Of a stretch of 64,000 nt of DNA, positions 46,471 through 56,958 are shown in pieces (the first letter of the stretch is position 1; each line of letters starts with the position of its first letter). Below the pieces are notes generated by a model that made no database searches, was not told where the DNA came from, and saw only the letters and a program-made list of their open reading frames with translations. Both the position numbers and the translations under genes were made by a program. The stretch spans positions 1,260,419 to 1,324,418 of the forward strand of contig CAWAXG010000013.1 of assembly GCA_963785755.1 (NCBI GenBank), given 5' to 3'. Source of the stretch: an uncultured Acidobacteriota bacterium (lineage in GTDB: Bacteria; Acidobacteriota; Vicinamibacteria; Vicinamibacterales; 2-12-FULL-66-21).

Positions 46471-47085
46471 TTACAGCCACCCCTTTTGCCTGGCGAGACG
46501 GGCGGCCTCGATGCGGTTCGTCACGCCCAGCTTGGAGATCGCTTCGGACAGATAGTTGCGGACCGTGCCCTCCGACAGGTGCAGGCGTTCGGCGATGTCG
46601 GAGCTCGCCACGCCTTCTTCGGCTGCGCGCAGGATCTGGCGCTCGCGATCGGTCAGCGGATCGACTTCGCCCCACGCGTCCTGCGCCAGCTGCGGATCGA
46701 CGACCCGCAGACCGCGATGCACGCTGCGAATCGCGTCAGCCAGCTTTTCGGCGGGCGCGTCCTTGAGGAGATATCCCAACGCTCCTGCCTCGAGCGCGCG
46801 CCGGAGGTAGCCCGGCCGGGCAAAGGTCGTGAGGATGATCACGCGCGGGTGGCCGCCCGGCCGCGTAGTCCGCAGTTCGGCCGCGAGCTCGAGGCCGGTC
46901 AGGTTCGGCATCTCGATGTCGGTCAGGACGACGTCCGGGTTGGTGCGGGTGACGAGAGCCAGCGCCTCGCGTCCATCGCGCGCCCGGCCCACCACCTCGA
47001 TATCGGGCTCGATGTCGAGGAGCGCGGCAAGCGCGCCGAGCACCATGCCTTGATCTTCGGCGATCAGCACACGAATTCGGGACAA
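46471..47085 (-). CDS. NarL/DesR-type response regulator
   Basis: RVLIAEDQGMV...VVLTDIEMPNLTGLEL...GALGYLLK plus the HTH LTDRERQILRAAEEGVASSDIAERLHLSEGTVRNYLSEAISKLG. TTG start with aaggag upstream. Confidence 0.9.
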   Translation of the reverse strand: MSRIRVLIAEDQGMVLGALAALLDIEPDIEVVGRARDGREALALVTRTNPDVVLTDIEMPNLTGLELAAELRTTRPGGHPRVIILTTFARPGYLRRALEAGALGYLLKDAPAEKLADAIRSVHRGLRVVDPQLAQDAWGEVDPLTDRERQILRAAEEGVASSDIAERLHLSEGTVRNYLSEAISKLGVTNRIEAARLARQKGWL

Positions 47086-47130
47086 GGCCGTCGGCTCCTT
47101 CCTGGCTTGTCGATGTCCTGCTCTCGATCG

Positions 47131-48231
47131 CTAAGACGTCGGCGTCGCTGACGGCGGCAGCCTGATATGGAGGCGCGTGCCGCCGTCGGTTTCCCGTCGA
47201 AGGACGCCGCCGAGCGCCTGAATGCGCTCGCGCATGCCGGTCAGACCGTTGCCGAACGGCGCCTCGCCGCCGCAGCCATTGTCCTCCACCTCCATCAGCA
47301 CTGAGCCGTCCCTGGCATAGAAGCGGATGTGGCACGTCGAGGCCTGTGCGTGCCGGATCACGTTCGTGGCGGCTTCACGAAGGGCGAGTGACAGGGCGGT
47401 CTCCTGTTCCGGGGCGAGCGCCACCGAACGCTTCTCGATCGTCGCATCGATACCGGCGCTGCGGAGCGCCTGCCGCACGTGCTCGATTTCCGCCTCGAGC
47501 CCGGACGAGCGGTATCCGGTGATCGCTTCGCGCACTTCCGCGAGACCATCACGGGCGATCTTCTCGACCTCCGCTATCTCCTGCCGGGCGCGATCCGGAT
47601 CGCGGTGCAGCAGCTTCTGGGCGAGCTCGCTCTTGAGCACGACCACCGACAGCGTGTGGCCGAGCAGATCGTGCAGATCGCGGGCAATCCGCTCGCGCTC
47701 CGCGATCTTCGCCATGCGCTCGACTTCGGCCTGCGCGAGTCTCAGCTTCGAGTCCCGCGCTGTGTTGACGGCCGCCTGAATCGTGACCGCCCCGACGAGC
47801 GCCGAGATGACCGTGGCGGGAATCAGGAAGAAGATATGAAGGTCGATCACCAGCCTCGCGACCAGCGGCAGCGCCACCTGCGCCATCAGCGTCAGGACGG
47901 CCTGGCGGAACGGCAGCGCATTCCCGAGCAGCGCGGATCCATAGATGAAGAAACAGGAGGCTGGCGGGTTGCGCGGACCGAACCCGAGCGCCAGCGCGTC
48001 GAGCGCGCCGACGATCCAGAGGATGCGAAGTCCGCGCACGGCATGACCGGCGAGGTAGAGGGTCACGAACACCGGATACGCGGCCAGCATCGCCACCGTC
48101 TCCGATCGCGTCAGGCCTTTGCTGAACGCCGCGATCACGAAGGGGACCGAGTAGATGAGCCATGCAAACGGCTCCCACCCCAACGCGGTCAGTTTCTTGC
48201 GCAACCCGATCGCCATGGTCCTGCTCAGCAT
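47131..48231 (-). CDS. DesK-type membrane sensor histidine kinase (HisKA_3, HATPase)
   Basis: Polytopic N-terminus, then ERERIARDLHDLLGHTLSVVVLKSEL, EAATNVIRHA and DNGCGG...GNGLTGMRERIQALGG. Confidence 0.88.
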   Translation of the reverse strand: MLSRTMAIGLRKKLTALGWEPFAWLIYSVPFVIAAFSKGLTRSETVAMLAAYPVFVTLYLAGHAVRGLRILWIVGALDALALGFGPRNPPASCFFIYGSALLGNALPFRQAVLTLMAQVALPLVARLVIDLHIFFLIPATVISALVGAVTIQAAVNTARDSKLRLAQAEVERMAKIAERERIARDLHDLLGHTLSVVVLKSELAQKLLHRDPDRARQEIAEVEKIARDGLAEVREAITGYRSSGLEAEIEHVRQALRSAGIDATIEKRSVALAPEQETALSLALREAATNVIRHAQASTCHIRFYARDGSVLMEVEDNGCGGEAPFGNGLTGMRERIQALGGVLRRETDGGTRLHIRLPPSATPTS

Positions 48232-48367
48232 AAACCTGGACTGCCAAAACCCGCCGCATAGAGGCCTTGACCGGCTCGATTCTGAGCATTTGAGTCAAGT
48301 GTCGGTCAAGGCCGTCCGCGCGTCAGCGCGGCGTAATCAACGCAATGCAACCTAGCGACGTGAACCG

Positions 48368-50569
48368 CTACCGGTCCGAACGCCACGGCCCCGGCGAAGT
48401 GTCGGTGAGCCGCGCGAGATCCAGCTTCCGGCCGCCAAGATAGACACCGGCCACCCGCCGGTACGCGCCGACGTCCTCGGTGGGATCGGCCTCGAGCAGC
48501 ACGAGATCCGCGACGGCGCCGGTCGCAATCCTGCCGAGCGATGACTGGCCGAGGCGATCCGCCGGTCGCGACGTCGCGGCCTTCAACACGTCGACCAGCG
48601 GCATCCCTGCCTGCGCCAGGAGCTCGAGCTCGCGCACCAGGGAGATGCCATGGAACGTCGCCGGGTTGCCCGCATCCGATCCCGCGAGGATCGGCACGCC
48701 GGCCCGAATCGCTTTCGCCGTCTGCGCCAGTGAACCCGCGAGCGCCTTGTTCATCTGATCCGAGTCGCGTCCATCGGTCAGCAGCGACGCGATCGGCGAC
48801 TGCGGACTGCGCAGGCTCTCCAGAATCGCCGGCATCGCAAGCCGGCGCACCACGTCGTCTTCCCCGCCAAGGCTGCGGCGCTTCCAGGCATAGTCGAGGA
48901 CGACGTTCGTCGGAGTGAACGTGATTCGCTTTGCGGCCATCAACGCAATCGTCTCGTCGGTCAGGCCGCGAGCGGTGTGCTCGATGCCGCTCGCGCCGGC
49001 GTCGATCGCCAGCCGTACTTCGGCATCGGTTCCAACGTGAACGGTGGTCGTCAGTTTCCGGGCCTTCGCCTCGGCCAGCGCTGCGCGGAATACTTCCTCG
49101 CGCAGCCGTGGCATGGGTCTATTCGGAAACCCTGGCTCGAGCACCAGCTTCACGAGATTCACGCGCGCGTTCGCCAGCTCGGCGACCGCAGCCCTCGCCT
49201 CGTCCGCGGTTTCGACCTGGCGCGTGAGCTTCTCGGCGAGTCCGGGCATGAAGCCGAACATGTTCGCCGGATGACCCCCGCGCGCCGTCACCGACGGTCC
49301 GGCGAAGAACGTGCGCGGCGCACGGTGCTTCCCGGCGGCCACCGCGTCGGACAGCGACGACATCATCGCGAGGTCGTCGGTCAGCGAGACGACGGATGTC
49401 ACGCCGGCGGCGAGCGTGGCGCCGAAATCGTGGGCCATGCGATCGCTCGTGCGCTCGATCGGCGTGAGGCCGAAGCCGCCGGATCCGCCCCAGTGGACGT
49501 GAGAGTCGAGCAGGCCCGGAATGACGTACCGGCCGCTGACGTCCTCGACGATCGCCCCTTCCGGCAGCGCCACGCGCTCGTCGTCGAGCGACACGTCCGC
49601 GATCCGGTGATCGCGGATCACGACGCGGGTCTTGACGATGCGGCCGCCGAGTCCGTCGAGCACGGTGGCGCCACGCAGGACTCGAACCTGTCCCTTGGCT
49701 TCGCCCGGCTCGATCCGCCGCGCGCCGGGCAGGTCGCTCATCCGAAACGACGGCGCGGCAAAGGCCGCCACGCTGAGGGTCGCGGCGAACGCGAGCGCAA
49801 TCGCCGCGAGCGATCGGCGTGGAATCGGGTCGGTGCCTTCCCAGCGGAAGAGCATGCAGGTAAGGACGACGCCCACGGCGCCGACGCCGAGGAGCACGCC
49901 GAGCGACCCCGCGATCGACAGCAGGCTCTCGCCGCGCACGATGACGCTCGAGTAGGTGTCCACCAGATAGGTCGTCGGCAGGAACCGGGCGAACTGCTTG
50001 ACGCCGTCCGGCAACACGGCAAACGGAAAGGACGCGCCCGACAGGAACATGAGCGGGAAGAAGAGCAGGTTCGCGATCGCGGGCGCGGTACGGATGTCGC
50101 GCGCCGTACTGCCGACCAGCAGGCCGAGCGGAACGAGCGCGACGGCGCCGCAGGCGAACACGCCTGCAAGCGCCAGCCACGAGCCGGCCATCTGCATCTT
50201 GAAGATCGCCCGTGCCAGCAGCATCAGCACGACGATGGAGAGAAAGCCGGTCAGCAGGGCGGTCACGCTGTGCGCGACGGCGACCGCGGCGGACGGCACG
50301 GGCGTCACGCGAAGACGCCGGAGCAGCCCGGTCTCGCGCTGCTGCACGAGCGGCAGCGCGACGCCGAAGAGCGCGCCCGACAGCAGCGTCGTCGTGAGCA
50401 GGCCGGGCATCAGAAAGGCGGTGACGCGCGCGTCGCCGCGCGCCATCACGAAGCCGAAGAGCATGAGAAAGCCGACCGGGAACGCCGTCATCCAGAAGAG
50501 TGCGGTCTTCGACCGACGGATTTCGATCAGCTGAGCGCGGACGATCGCCAGGACGCTGCGCAGAAACAT
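48368..50569 (-). CDS. ABC-2-type transporter permease fused to a C-terminal amidohydrolase-superfamily domain
   Basis: N-terminal six-TM ABC-2 permease (MFLRSVLAIVRAQLIEIRRSKTALFW...), then an extra hydrophobic segment SLAAIALAFAATLSVAAFAA, then IPGLLDSHVHWGG...TVHVGT...GIEHT...AGSDAGN. The start lies 1 nt after the ATPase stop. Confidence 0.85.
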   Translation of the reverse strand: MFLRSVLAIVRAQLIEIRRSKTALFWMTAFPVGFLMLFGFVMARGDARVTAFLMPGLLTTTLLSGALFGVALPLVQQRETGLLRRLRVTPVPSAAVAVAHSVTALLTGFLSIVVLMLLARAIFKMQMAGSWLALAGVFACGAVALVPLGLLVGSTARDIRTAPAIANLLFFPLMFLSGASFPFAVLPDGVKQFARFLPTTYLVDTYSSVIVRGESLLSIAGSLGVLLGVGAVGVVLTCMLFRWEGTDPIPRRSLAAIALAFAATLSVAAFAAPSFRMSDLPGARRIEPGEAKGQVRVLRGATVLDGLGGRIVKTRVVIRDHRIADVSLDDERVALPEGAIVEDVSGRYVIPGLLDSHVHWGGSGGFGLTPIERTSDRMAHDFGATLAAGVTSVVSLTDDLAMMSSLSDAVAAGKHRAPRTFFAGPSVTARGGHPANMFGFMPGLAEKLTRQVETADEARAAVAELANARVNLVKLVLEPGFPNRPMPRLREEVFRAALAEAKARKLTTTVHVGTDAEVRLAIDAGASGIEHTARGLTDETIALMAAKRITFTPTNVVLDYAWKRRSLGGEDDVVRRLAMPAILESLRSPQSPIASLLTDGRDSDQMNKALAGSLAQTAKAIRAGVPILAGSDAGNPATFHGISLVRELELLAQAGMPLVDVLKAATSRPADRLGQSSLGRIATGAVADLVLLEADPTEDVGAYRRVAGVYLGGRKLDLARLTDTSPGPWRSDR

Positions 50570-50570
50570 G

Positions 50571-51521
50571 TCACACCTCGTGAGCGGGACGGCCATCGGG
50601 TTGGTGAGTAGCGGAGCCGACGAGCTGCAGGTACACATCCTCGAGCGACGGCCGCTTCAGGCGGAGATCGTCGAGCTGGGCACCCGAGGCTCGAAGCGAC
50701 GCGGCGAGACCCACGATCGCCGCGGTGGGATTGCCGGTCTGGTATCGGAACAGCGGGCCGTCCCGCCCCTCGAAGATCGCGCCCGGCACGAGCTGATCCG
50801 CGTCGGCGCAGCCGGTCACGGCCACCCAGAGCGTCGATGCGCCCTCGCCGCGCGCGAGCAACTCGATCGGAGAGCCGTCGGCCACGATCGTGCCGGCCGA
50901 GAGGATGATCACCCGGTCGGCGAGCGCTTCGACTTCGTCGAGGTTGTGCGACGAGAGCAGAATCGTCTTGCCCCGCCGCCTGAGCTCCTGGAGGATGTCG
51001 TGAATCTGCCGGCGCGCGATCGGATCCAGCCCCGTCGTCGGCTCGTCGAGCAGATAGAGATCGGGGTCGTGGATCATCGCCATGGCGAGCGCGAGGCGCT
51101 GCCGCTGGCCGCCGGACAGCGTGCCGACGCGCGCGGTGGCCTTGTCGGTCAGGTCCACGCGCGGCAGCACATCGCCGATCGCCAGAGATCGTGGGTAGCG
51201 TGGATAGAACGACGCGTACATCCGGAGCGTTTCGGCGACCGTCAGCTCGGGAATGAACGCCGTCGTCTGCAGTTGGACCCCGATGCGCGCGCGCAGCGCA
51301 GCCGGCGCGCCGCGCGGATCCAGGCCGAGCACCCTGACGCTTCCAGACGACGGAGTGCGGAGGCCTTCGAGGATCTCAACCAGAGTGGTCTTGCCGGCGC
51401 CGTTCGGGCCGAGCAGGCCCAGGATTTGTCCGCCGGCTTCAACCGAGAGATCGATGCCGCGCAGGGCGTGCACCGATCCGTAGGACTTGTGGAGCGACCG
51501 AACATCCAGCGCGATCATCAT
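50571..51521 (-). CDS. ABC transporter ATP-binding protein
   Basis: Walker A GPNGAGKTT, signature LSGGQRQRLALA, Walker B LYLLDEPTTGLD. Confidence 0.92.
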   Translation of the reverse strand: MMIALDVRSLHKSYGSVHALRGIDLSVEAGGQILGLLGPNGAGKTTLVEILEGLRTPSSGSVRVLGLDPRGAPAALRARIGVQLQTTAFIPELTVAETLRMYASFYPRYPRSLAIGDVLPRVDLTDKATARVGTLSGGQRQRLALAMAMIHDPDLYLLDEPTTGLDPIARRQIHDILQELRRRGKTILLSSHNLDEVEALADRVIILSAGTIVADGSPIELLARGEGASTLWVAVTGCADADQLVPGAIFEGRDGPLFRYQTGNPTAAIVGLAASLRASGAQLDDLRLKRPSLEDVYLQLVGSATHQPDGRPAHEV

Positions 51522-51654
51522 GAGCGCATGGTCGCCGGTCCGGCGGGCGTGCGCCAGTGACGGTCGTCAGGAGTTCAGGTGACGTTTGTCATGCGCCCGG
51601 GGCCCAGGGGCAAGGAGTCGGGGAAGTTGGAGCTTTTCCGAACGAAGGCTGAGA

Positions 51655-52914
51655 TCAGACGCCGGCGGCGACGCCTCCACGCTGCGAGGGGGGGCGTGCG
51701 TCGCGGCGCATTGGCTGGACTTGCCAGTACGTGAGCGATCGCCAGAGCCACTCGGCCGGGCCGAAGCGATAGCGGCCGAGCCACGCCTCACTCAGGACGA
51801 GCTGGAACGCCCAGATCGCGGCGACGACAATCAATTGCTGCGCGTAATCGAACCGGCCGGCCAGACCGAATCCCCAGCCGAGAAACACGACCGACGTGAT
51901 CACACTCTGCAGGAGATAGTTGGTGAACGCCATCTGGCCGACAGCGGCGAGGGCTTTACGAAGCCTGCCAGCGGCGCCGCGCTTTACCAGCAGGATCAGC
52001 GCCGCCGCATAGCCGATGGAGGCGAACACCGAGCCGGTGTAGTTCCAGAGATCGGCAGTGGTGCGCTGCGGCATGAGGAAACGCACACGCTCGAGCGCAA
52101 CGGTGCCGTACCAGGCAAGCGCAAGTCCGAGCGGGATGCAAATCGCGGCGGCCCGGACGTAGTCGCGGGCCGGGCGGCGGCCGTCCAGGAAGCCCCACTT
52201 GTACAGCGCCATGCCCAGGAGCATCATGCCGCCGCAGCGCCAGAAAAAGAAAAACGCGAAGTAGAACGTCTGGCTCATGAGCGCGAACGTCGCGCGGTGT
52301 GCGACGACCTGGGGATAGCTCCCAAGCATGTAAGCGAGCTGCGCGGCCGTCTGGTCGCGCGTGGGCATCCAGATCTCGGCTTCCTGCGCCCGCTCAGCCT
52401 CGGACATTCCTTCCCACATCGCACCATGGCCGAGCGACAGAAGCGCGCCGATGGCGAGCAGTCCGACGGCGCCAGCCGCCAGGGCCCAGGCGGGGAGCCG
52501 GCGCACCCACCAGAGGAGGAGAAGCCCGCAGAGCGCGTACGGCACGAGGACGTCGCCATCCCAGATCAGGTACGCGTGCGTCAGGCCGATCACCAGCAGC
52601 CAGAACATTCGTCTGAACCAGAGCGCGCGCGGCGCCTTCCCGGTCTCCGTGGCCTTGGCCGCGTACAGGATTGCTCCGGCGCCGAAGAGCATTGAAAACA
52701 GGCCCATCATCTTCAGATCGAACGCGGTGCTCGTGAAGATGTAGGCCTCTCGGTTCAGACCCACGTAGTCGAACAGCGCATACGGGTACATGTACGCGCC
52801 GAACGGCGCCGCCATGGCGCGGATATTCATCGCCAGAATACCCAGGAGCGCAAAGCCCCGGAGCACGTCGAGCGTCTCGAGCCGGTCGGCCGACGCGACA
52901 GGGGCGGGCTGCAT
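51655..52914 (-). CDS. DUF418/YeiB-family membrane protein
   Basis: RLETLDVLRGFALLGILAMN N-terminus, many TM helices, and the C-terminus FGPAEWLWRSLTYWQ. Confidence 0.8.
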   Translation of the reverse strand: MQPAPVASADRLETLDVLRGFALLGILAMNIRAMAAPFGAYMYPYALFDYVGLNREAYIFTSTAFDLKMMGLFSMLFGAGAILYAAKATETGKAPRALWFRRMFWLLVIGLTHAYLIWDGDVLVPYALCGLLLLWWVRRLPAWALAAGAVGLLAIGALLSLGHGAMWEGMSEAERAQEAEIWMPTRDQTAAQLAYMLGSYPQVVAHRATFALMSQTFYFAFFFFWRCGGMMLLGMALYKWGFLDGRRPARDYVRAAAICIPLGLALAWYGTVALERVRFLMPQRTTADLWNYTGSVFASIGYAAALILLVKRGAAGRLRKALAAVGQMAFTNYLLQSVITSVVFLGWGFGLAGRFDYAQQLIVVAAIWAFQLVLSEAWLGRYRFGPAEWLWRSLTYWQVQPMRRDARPPSQRGGVAAGV

Positions 52915-53223
52915 GATGCGAGGAGTTTACAACCGCAGGTTCAAGAGTGGTGCGCTCACTTCGCGTCGTGGAAGATCACACCGGCCGTATGGCGATGACC
53001 GGATCGCGAATGCGGCTCACGCCGTGGCGCATGTTGACCCGATAGCTGCCGCGGCTGCCTGCGCACCGGCCGGTTGCGCACCGCCCAGACCACGCCGTCG
53101 CCACGGCCGAGCGGCACCACCTCGACGCGCGACTGCATCGCGGCCGCTGCTCGGTCAGGACGAACTCACCGACCCGGACTGAAAGACTATGATGAGTCGC
53201 AGCGACGCATCCGACGTCTTGCG

Positions 53224-56200
53224 ATGGCCCCGTTCTCACCCATCCCGCCCCGTCATCCGATTCGGGTCGTCCTGTCGTCGACGGCGCTCCTGCCGTTCAT
53301 GTCGGTGCGCAAGGCGGCCGCGCTGGCGATCGCGCAGCTTGGCATAGCCGCATTCTTCATATCCGGTATCGCACGCAGCGCGTTGGGCGAATCCGCCGTC
53401 TGGTTCGTGCTCGCCGCGACGATCGTCGCGACATTCGTGCGGGCCATCGACATTGAAAGCTGGGCGCTGCTCATCCCCGGCGGTTTTGTCAGCCGCGTGA
53501 CCAGCGCCTTCGGTCCGCGTGCCACGGGACTCGCCAGAGCCGCGGCCCTGACCGAGCGGGTGCTCCTCGGTGCGCTCGCTTGCGTCGTTACCGCCCACTA
53601 CGTCGCCACCGTGCCGGCAACCGCGCTCGCGGGCTGGCAATTCACCGGATTTGTGAGACCCGAGGACCCCGCGACGATGATCGCCGTGGGAGTCATCGGA
53701 CTGCTGTGGCTCCGGGCCCGGCTCGGCCGCGACATCAGCCGCGACGCGATGACGCGGGCGGTGTGGATTGCCGTCGCGATCCTCGTGCTCACAATGGGAT
53801 GGGGCGTCATCACGCTCGCGCGCGCCGATGTATCCGCCTCGTCCTTGATGGCGCCGCTTCCTGCGTCCACGCTCACGGGCTGGCCGGCCATCGATACCGT
53901 GCTGGCCTGCGATCCTTGGATTCGCGGCAATGCTGCCGGTGATCGGTGGCGGAGAGGCCCTGGCGCGCGCGGCGCATGAGCTGCCGCCGCCGCGCGTACA
54001 GGCGCTTCGACGCATCGGTCTGCTGACGGCGGGCTTCGCCTTCATCGTCACCACGCTCGGCGCGATGCTCGTGGTCCTGCTGGTGCCGGCCAGCGAACAG
54101 CCCCTCTGGCTGAATGCGCCGCTCGCCGGTCTCGCGCAGCATCTGGCCGGCCCGGAGCCGCTGCGGGATTTGATGGCCGTGGCCGTGGCGGTCGCGGCCG
54201 TCCTGATGTTGCTTCCCGCCGCGCACGCGGCGCTCGGCGATGCCGAGCAGATGCTCCACCGAGCCTCCGCTGACGGCACGCTGCCCACGGCGCTCGCCTC
54301 CCTGCACACGAGGTTCGGCACTCCCGCTCGCGCTGTCGACGTCACGACCGCTGCGGCGATTCTCGTGGTGTTCGCCAGCGGCGGGCACGTCACATGGCTG
54401 GCCCGTGCGTACGCGATTGCGCTTGCCGTCATGCTGCTGCTCACCATCGCCGCGCTGGTCAGAATCCGGCGCACGCGCCAGGGTCCGACGCCGTTCAGGG
54501 CACGCGGCAACGTGCGCGCCGGCGGCCGCGAGCTGCCGATCGGACTGGTCACGTCCGCTGCCGTCGTCGCGGTGAGCGCGCTGGCGATGATCCTCACCGG
54601 TGAGGCCGCCGCCATTGCCGCCGGCGGGCTCATCACGATGTTGTCGCTGTGGTTCACGACCGCGGTCCAGCAGCCGGAACCAGTCGAGGTCCGATCGGAC
54701 CAGAGGACCTTCGACCTGTTGCTCGCCGCCGAGCTCTCGCCCGATCAGATCGAGGTCCGGCCCGGCAACGTGCTCGTGCCCGTCCGCAACCCGCACCTGC
54801 TCGCTCACGTCGTGGCCGCCCTTCACACTTCGGGCGATCGTGACGTCGTCGTGATGACGGCGAGGCTGCTGGATGTCGACGTCAGTGAAGAAAGCGCGGG
54901 GCAGACCACGCCGACGCCGTACGAGCGGCGCCTCCTCTCCGACGTAGTCAGCCTGGCCGAGCGCGTCGGACGTCCCGTCCGCCTGCTGATCGTTCCGACG
55001 CGGAACGTCTTCGATGCGATCGTCGGCACGGTCAGCCGCCTGCGCTCGTCGGACGTCTACGTCGGGGAATCGGCCACGTTGTCAGCCGCGGATCAAGCCC
55101 GTCTCCTCGGCGAAGCCTGGGAGCGGGCCGACAAACCCGAGGCGCTCGACGTTCGCCTCGTCATCTACCACCGCAGCGGACGGGCCGATACCTACCATCT
55201 CGGCGCCCACCCGCCGTCTCTCACACCCGGCGACCTCGACCTGATTCACCGCCTGTGGCTCGACGCCGTGAAGACCGTCGGGCCACACGTACACCACGAC
55301 GACGTCGTCAGAGCAGCGCTCAAACAAATGGAACAACAACTTACCGGTCCCGATCGCGACGCCGCCGTCGCGGCCATCCGGGACGTCGCCCGGCCGGCGG
55401 AAGAACTGGCGGAGGTGCTGCGCGCCCGCGATTATGCGCGGCTGCGGGACATGCTCCGCAACCGGCACGCCAGTGAGGTCGCGGCGCTGCTGACCGCGCT
55501 CAGCGTCGAAGATCAGGCCGTCATCTTCCGCGTGATGCCGCGGAAGGATGCCGCAGTCGTCTTCGAGTACCTGTCACAGGATGCGAAGGAAGCGCTGCTC
55601 AAGGCGATGGCGCAGGAGGATGTCGCGGAACTGTTGAACAACATGGCGCCGGACGATCGCACGCTGTTCCTCGAGGAACTGCCTGCGGAGGCGACCCGGC
55701 AGCTGCTCGCGCTGCTCACCCCGGCGGAACGGGCCGTTGCGCTGACACTCCTCGGCTACCCCGAGAAGTCGGTCGGGCGGTTGATGACGCCCCACTACGT
55801 TCAGGTCCGGGAGCACTGGACCGTTCGCGAAGTGCTCGACTACGTCCGCGCCCACGGCCAGGACAGCGAAACCCTCAATGTCATCTACGTCGTCGACGAG
55901 CAGGGCCTGCTGGTGGACGATGTCCGCATTCGCGAGTTCCTCCTCGCGCCGCTGGAGCGGCGGGTCGCGGACCTGATGGATCGCCGCTTCGTGGCGCTCA
56001 GGGCGACCGACGATCAGGCGGCAGCCGTCGGGGTGTTCCGGCAATACGATCGAAGCGCGCTGCCGGTGACCGACACCGCCGGCATGCTCATCGGCATCGT
56101 GACCATCGATGACGTCCTCGACGTCGCCGAAGCCACGGCCACCAGCGAGATCCAGCGCATCGGCGGATCGGAAGCGCTGGACGAGCCGTATATCAGCATC

Positions 56201-56758
56201 GCGTTCGGACGGATGATTCAGAAGCGCGCCGGCTGGCTGACCGCACTGTTCCTCGGCGAGATGCTGACCGCCACCGCGATGGGCGCGTTCGAAGAGGAGA
56301 TCTCCAAGGCCGTCGTCCTGGCGTTGTTCGTCCCGCTCATCATCTCGAGCGGCGGCAACTCCGGCTCGCAGGCGGCGACGCTGGTCATCCGGGCGCTGGC
56401 ACTGGGAGAAGTCACCGTTCGTGACTGGTGGCGCGTGATGCGCCGCGAGCTTCTCGCCGGGCTCGCGCTCGGCGCCATTCTCGGCAGCATCGGATTCCTG
56501 CGCATCACCCTGTGGTCGGCCTTTTCCGATATCTACGGCCCGCATTGGCTGCTGATCGCGATCACGGTGTCGGTCGCGCTCGTTGGTGTCGTGCTGTGGG
56601 GAACGCTCAGCGGATCGCTGCTGCCATTCCTCTTGAAGCGGCTGGGGTTCGACCCGGCCGCGTCCTCGGCACCATTCGTGGCCACACTCGTCGACGTGAC
56701 TGGCCTGGTGATCTACTTCTCGGTCGCTCTCGTCGTTCTACAAGGAACGCTGTTGTAA
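53224..56758 (+). pseudogene. Fusion of APC-like polytopic permease, USP-like domain and MgtE magnesium transporter; one +1 frameshift in the permease part
   Basis: The 53074..53979 frame (from the ATG at 53224) reads to ...WPAIDTVLA. It continues as AILGFAAMLPVIGGGEAL... in the 53930..56758 frame, with the junction at about 53905-53913. The C-terminal 450 aa is a complete MgtE (N domain, two CBS, PLIISSGGNSGSQAATLVIRAL, VDVTGLVIYF). Confidence 0.8.
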
Positions 56759-56958
56759 CCGCTCGGAACGGCTTCCCCCCACCCGGATGGGACGCGAGCC
56801 GTCGTCGCCAGCCCGGATACGACCGGTGCGATGACCTACGACCGAATCGTCTTCGTCTTCAATTTTTTCGACGAGCTGCGGCGGCGCCTGCCGGCGGATC
56901 GCTGAGACTGGCTGTCGGCGCGTTGCACCGGGCCCTGCAGGGCGACTCGAGTCCCCGG

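Noticed and set aside
52956-53239. Short ORFs on the - strand between the DUF418 gene and the MgtE fusion (VGEFVLTEQ..., MQSRVEVVPLGRGDGVVWAVRNRPV..., ...SYRVNMRHGVSRIRDPVIAIRPV) that look like pieces of a C-terminal gene fragment.
   Set aside because: The fragments total under 90 aa and are split over frames in a way that does not follow the simple +1 pattern. I cannot assign a family. This may be a remnant or chance ORFs and is not reported as a feature.
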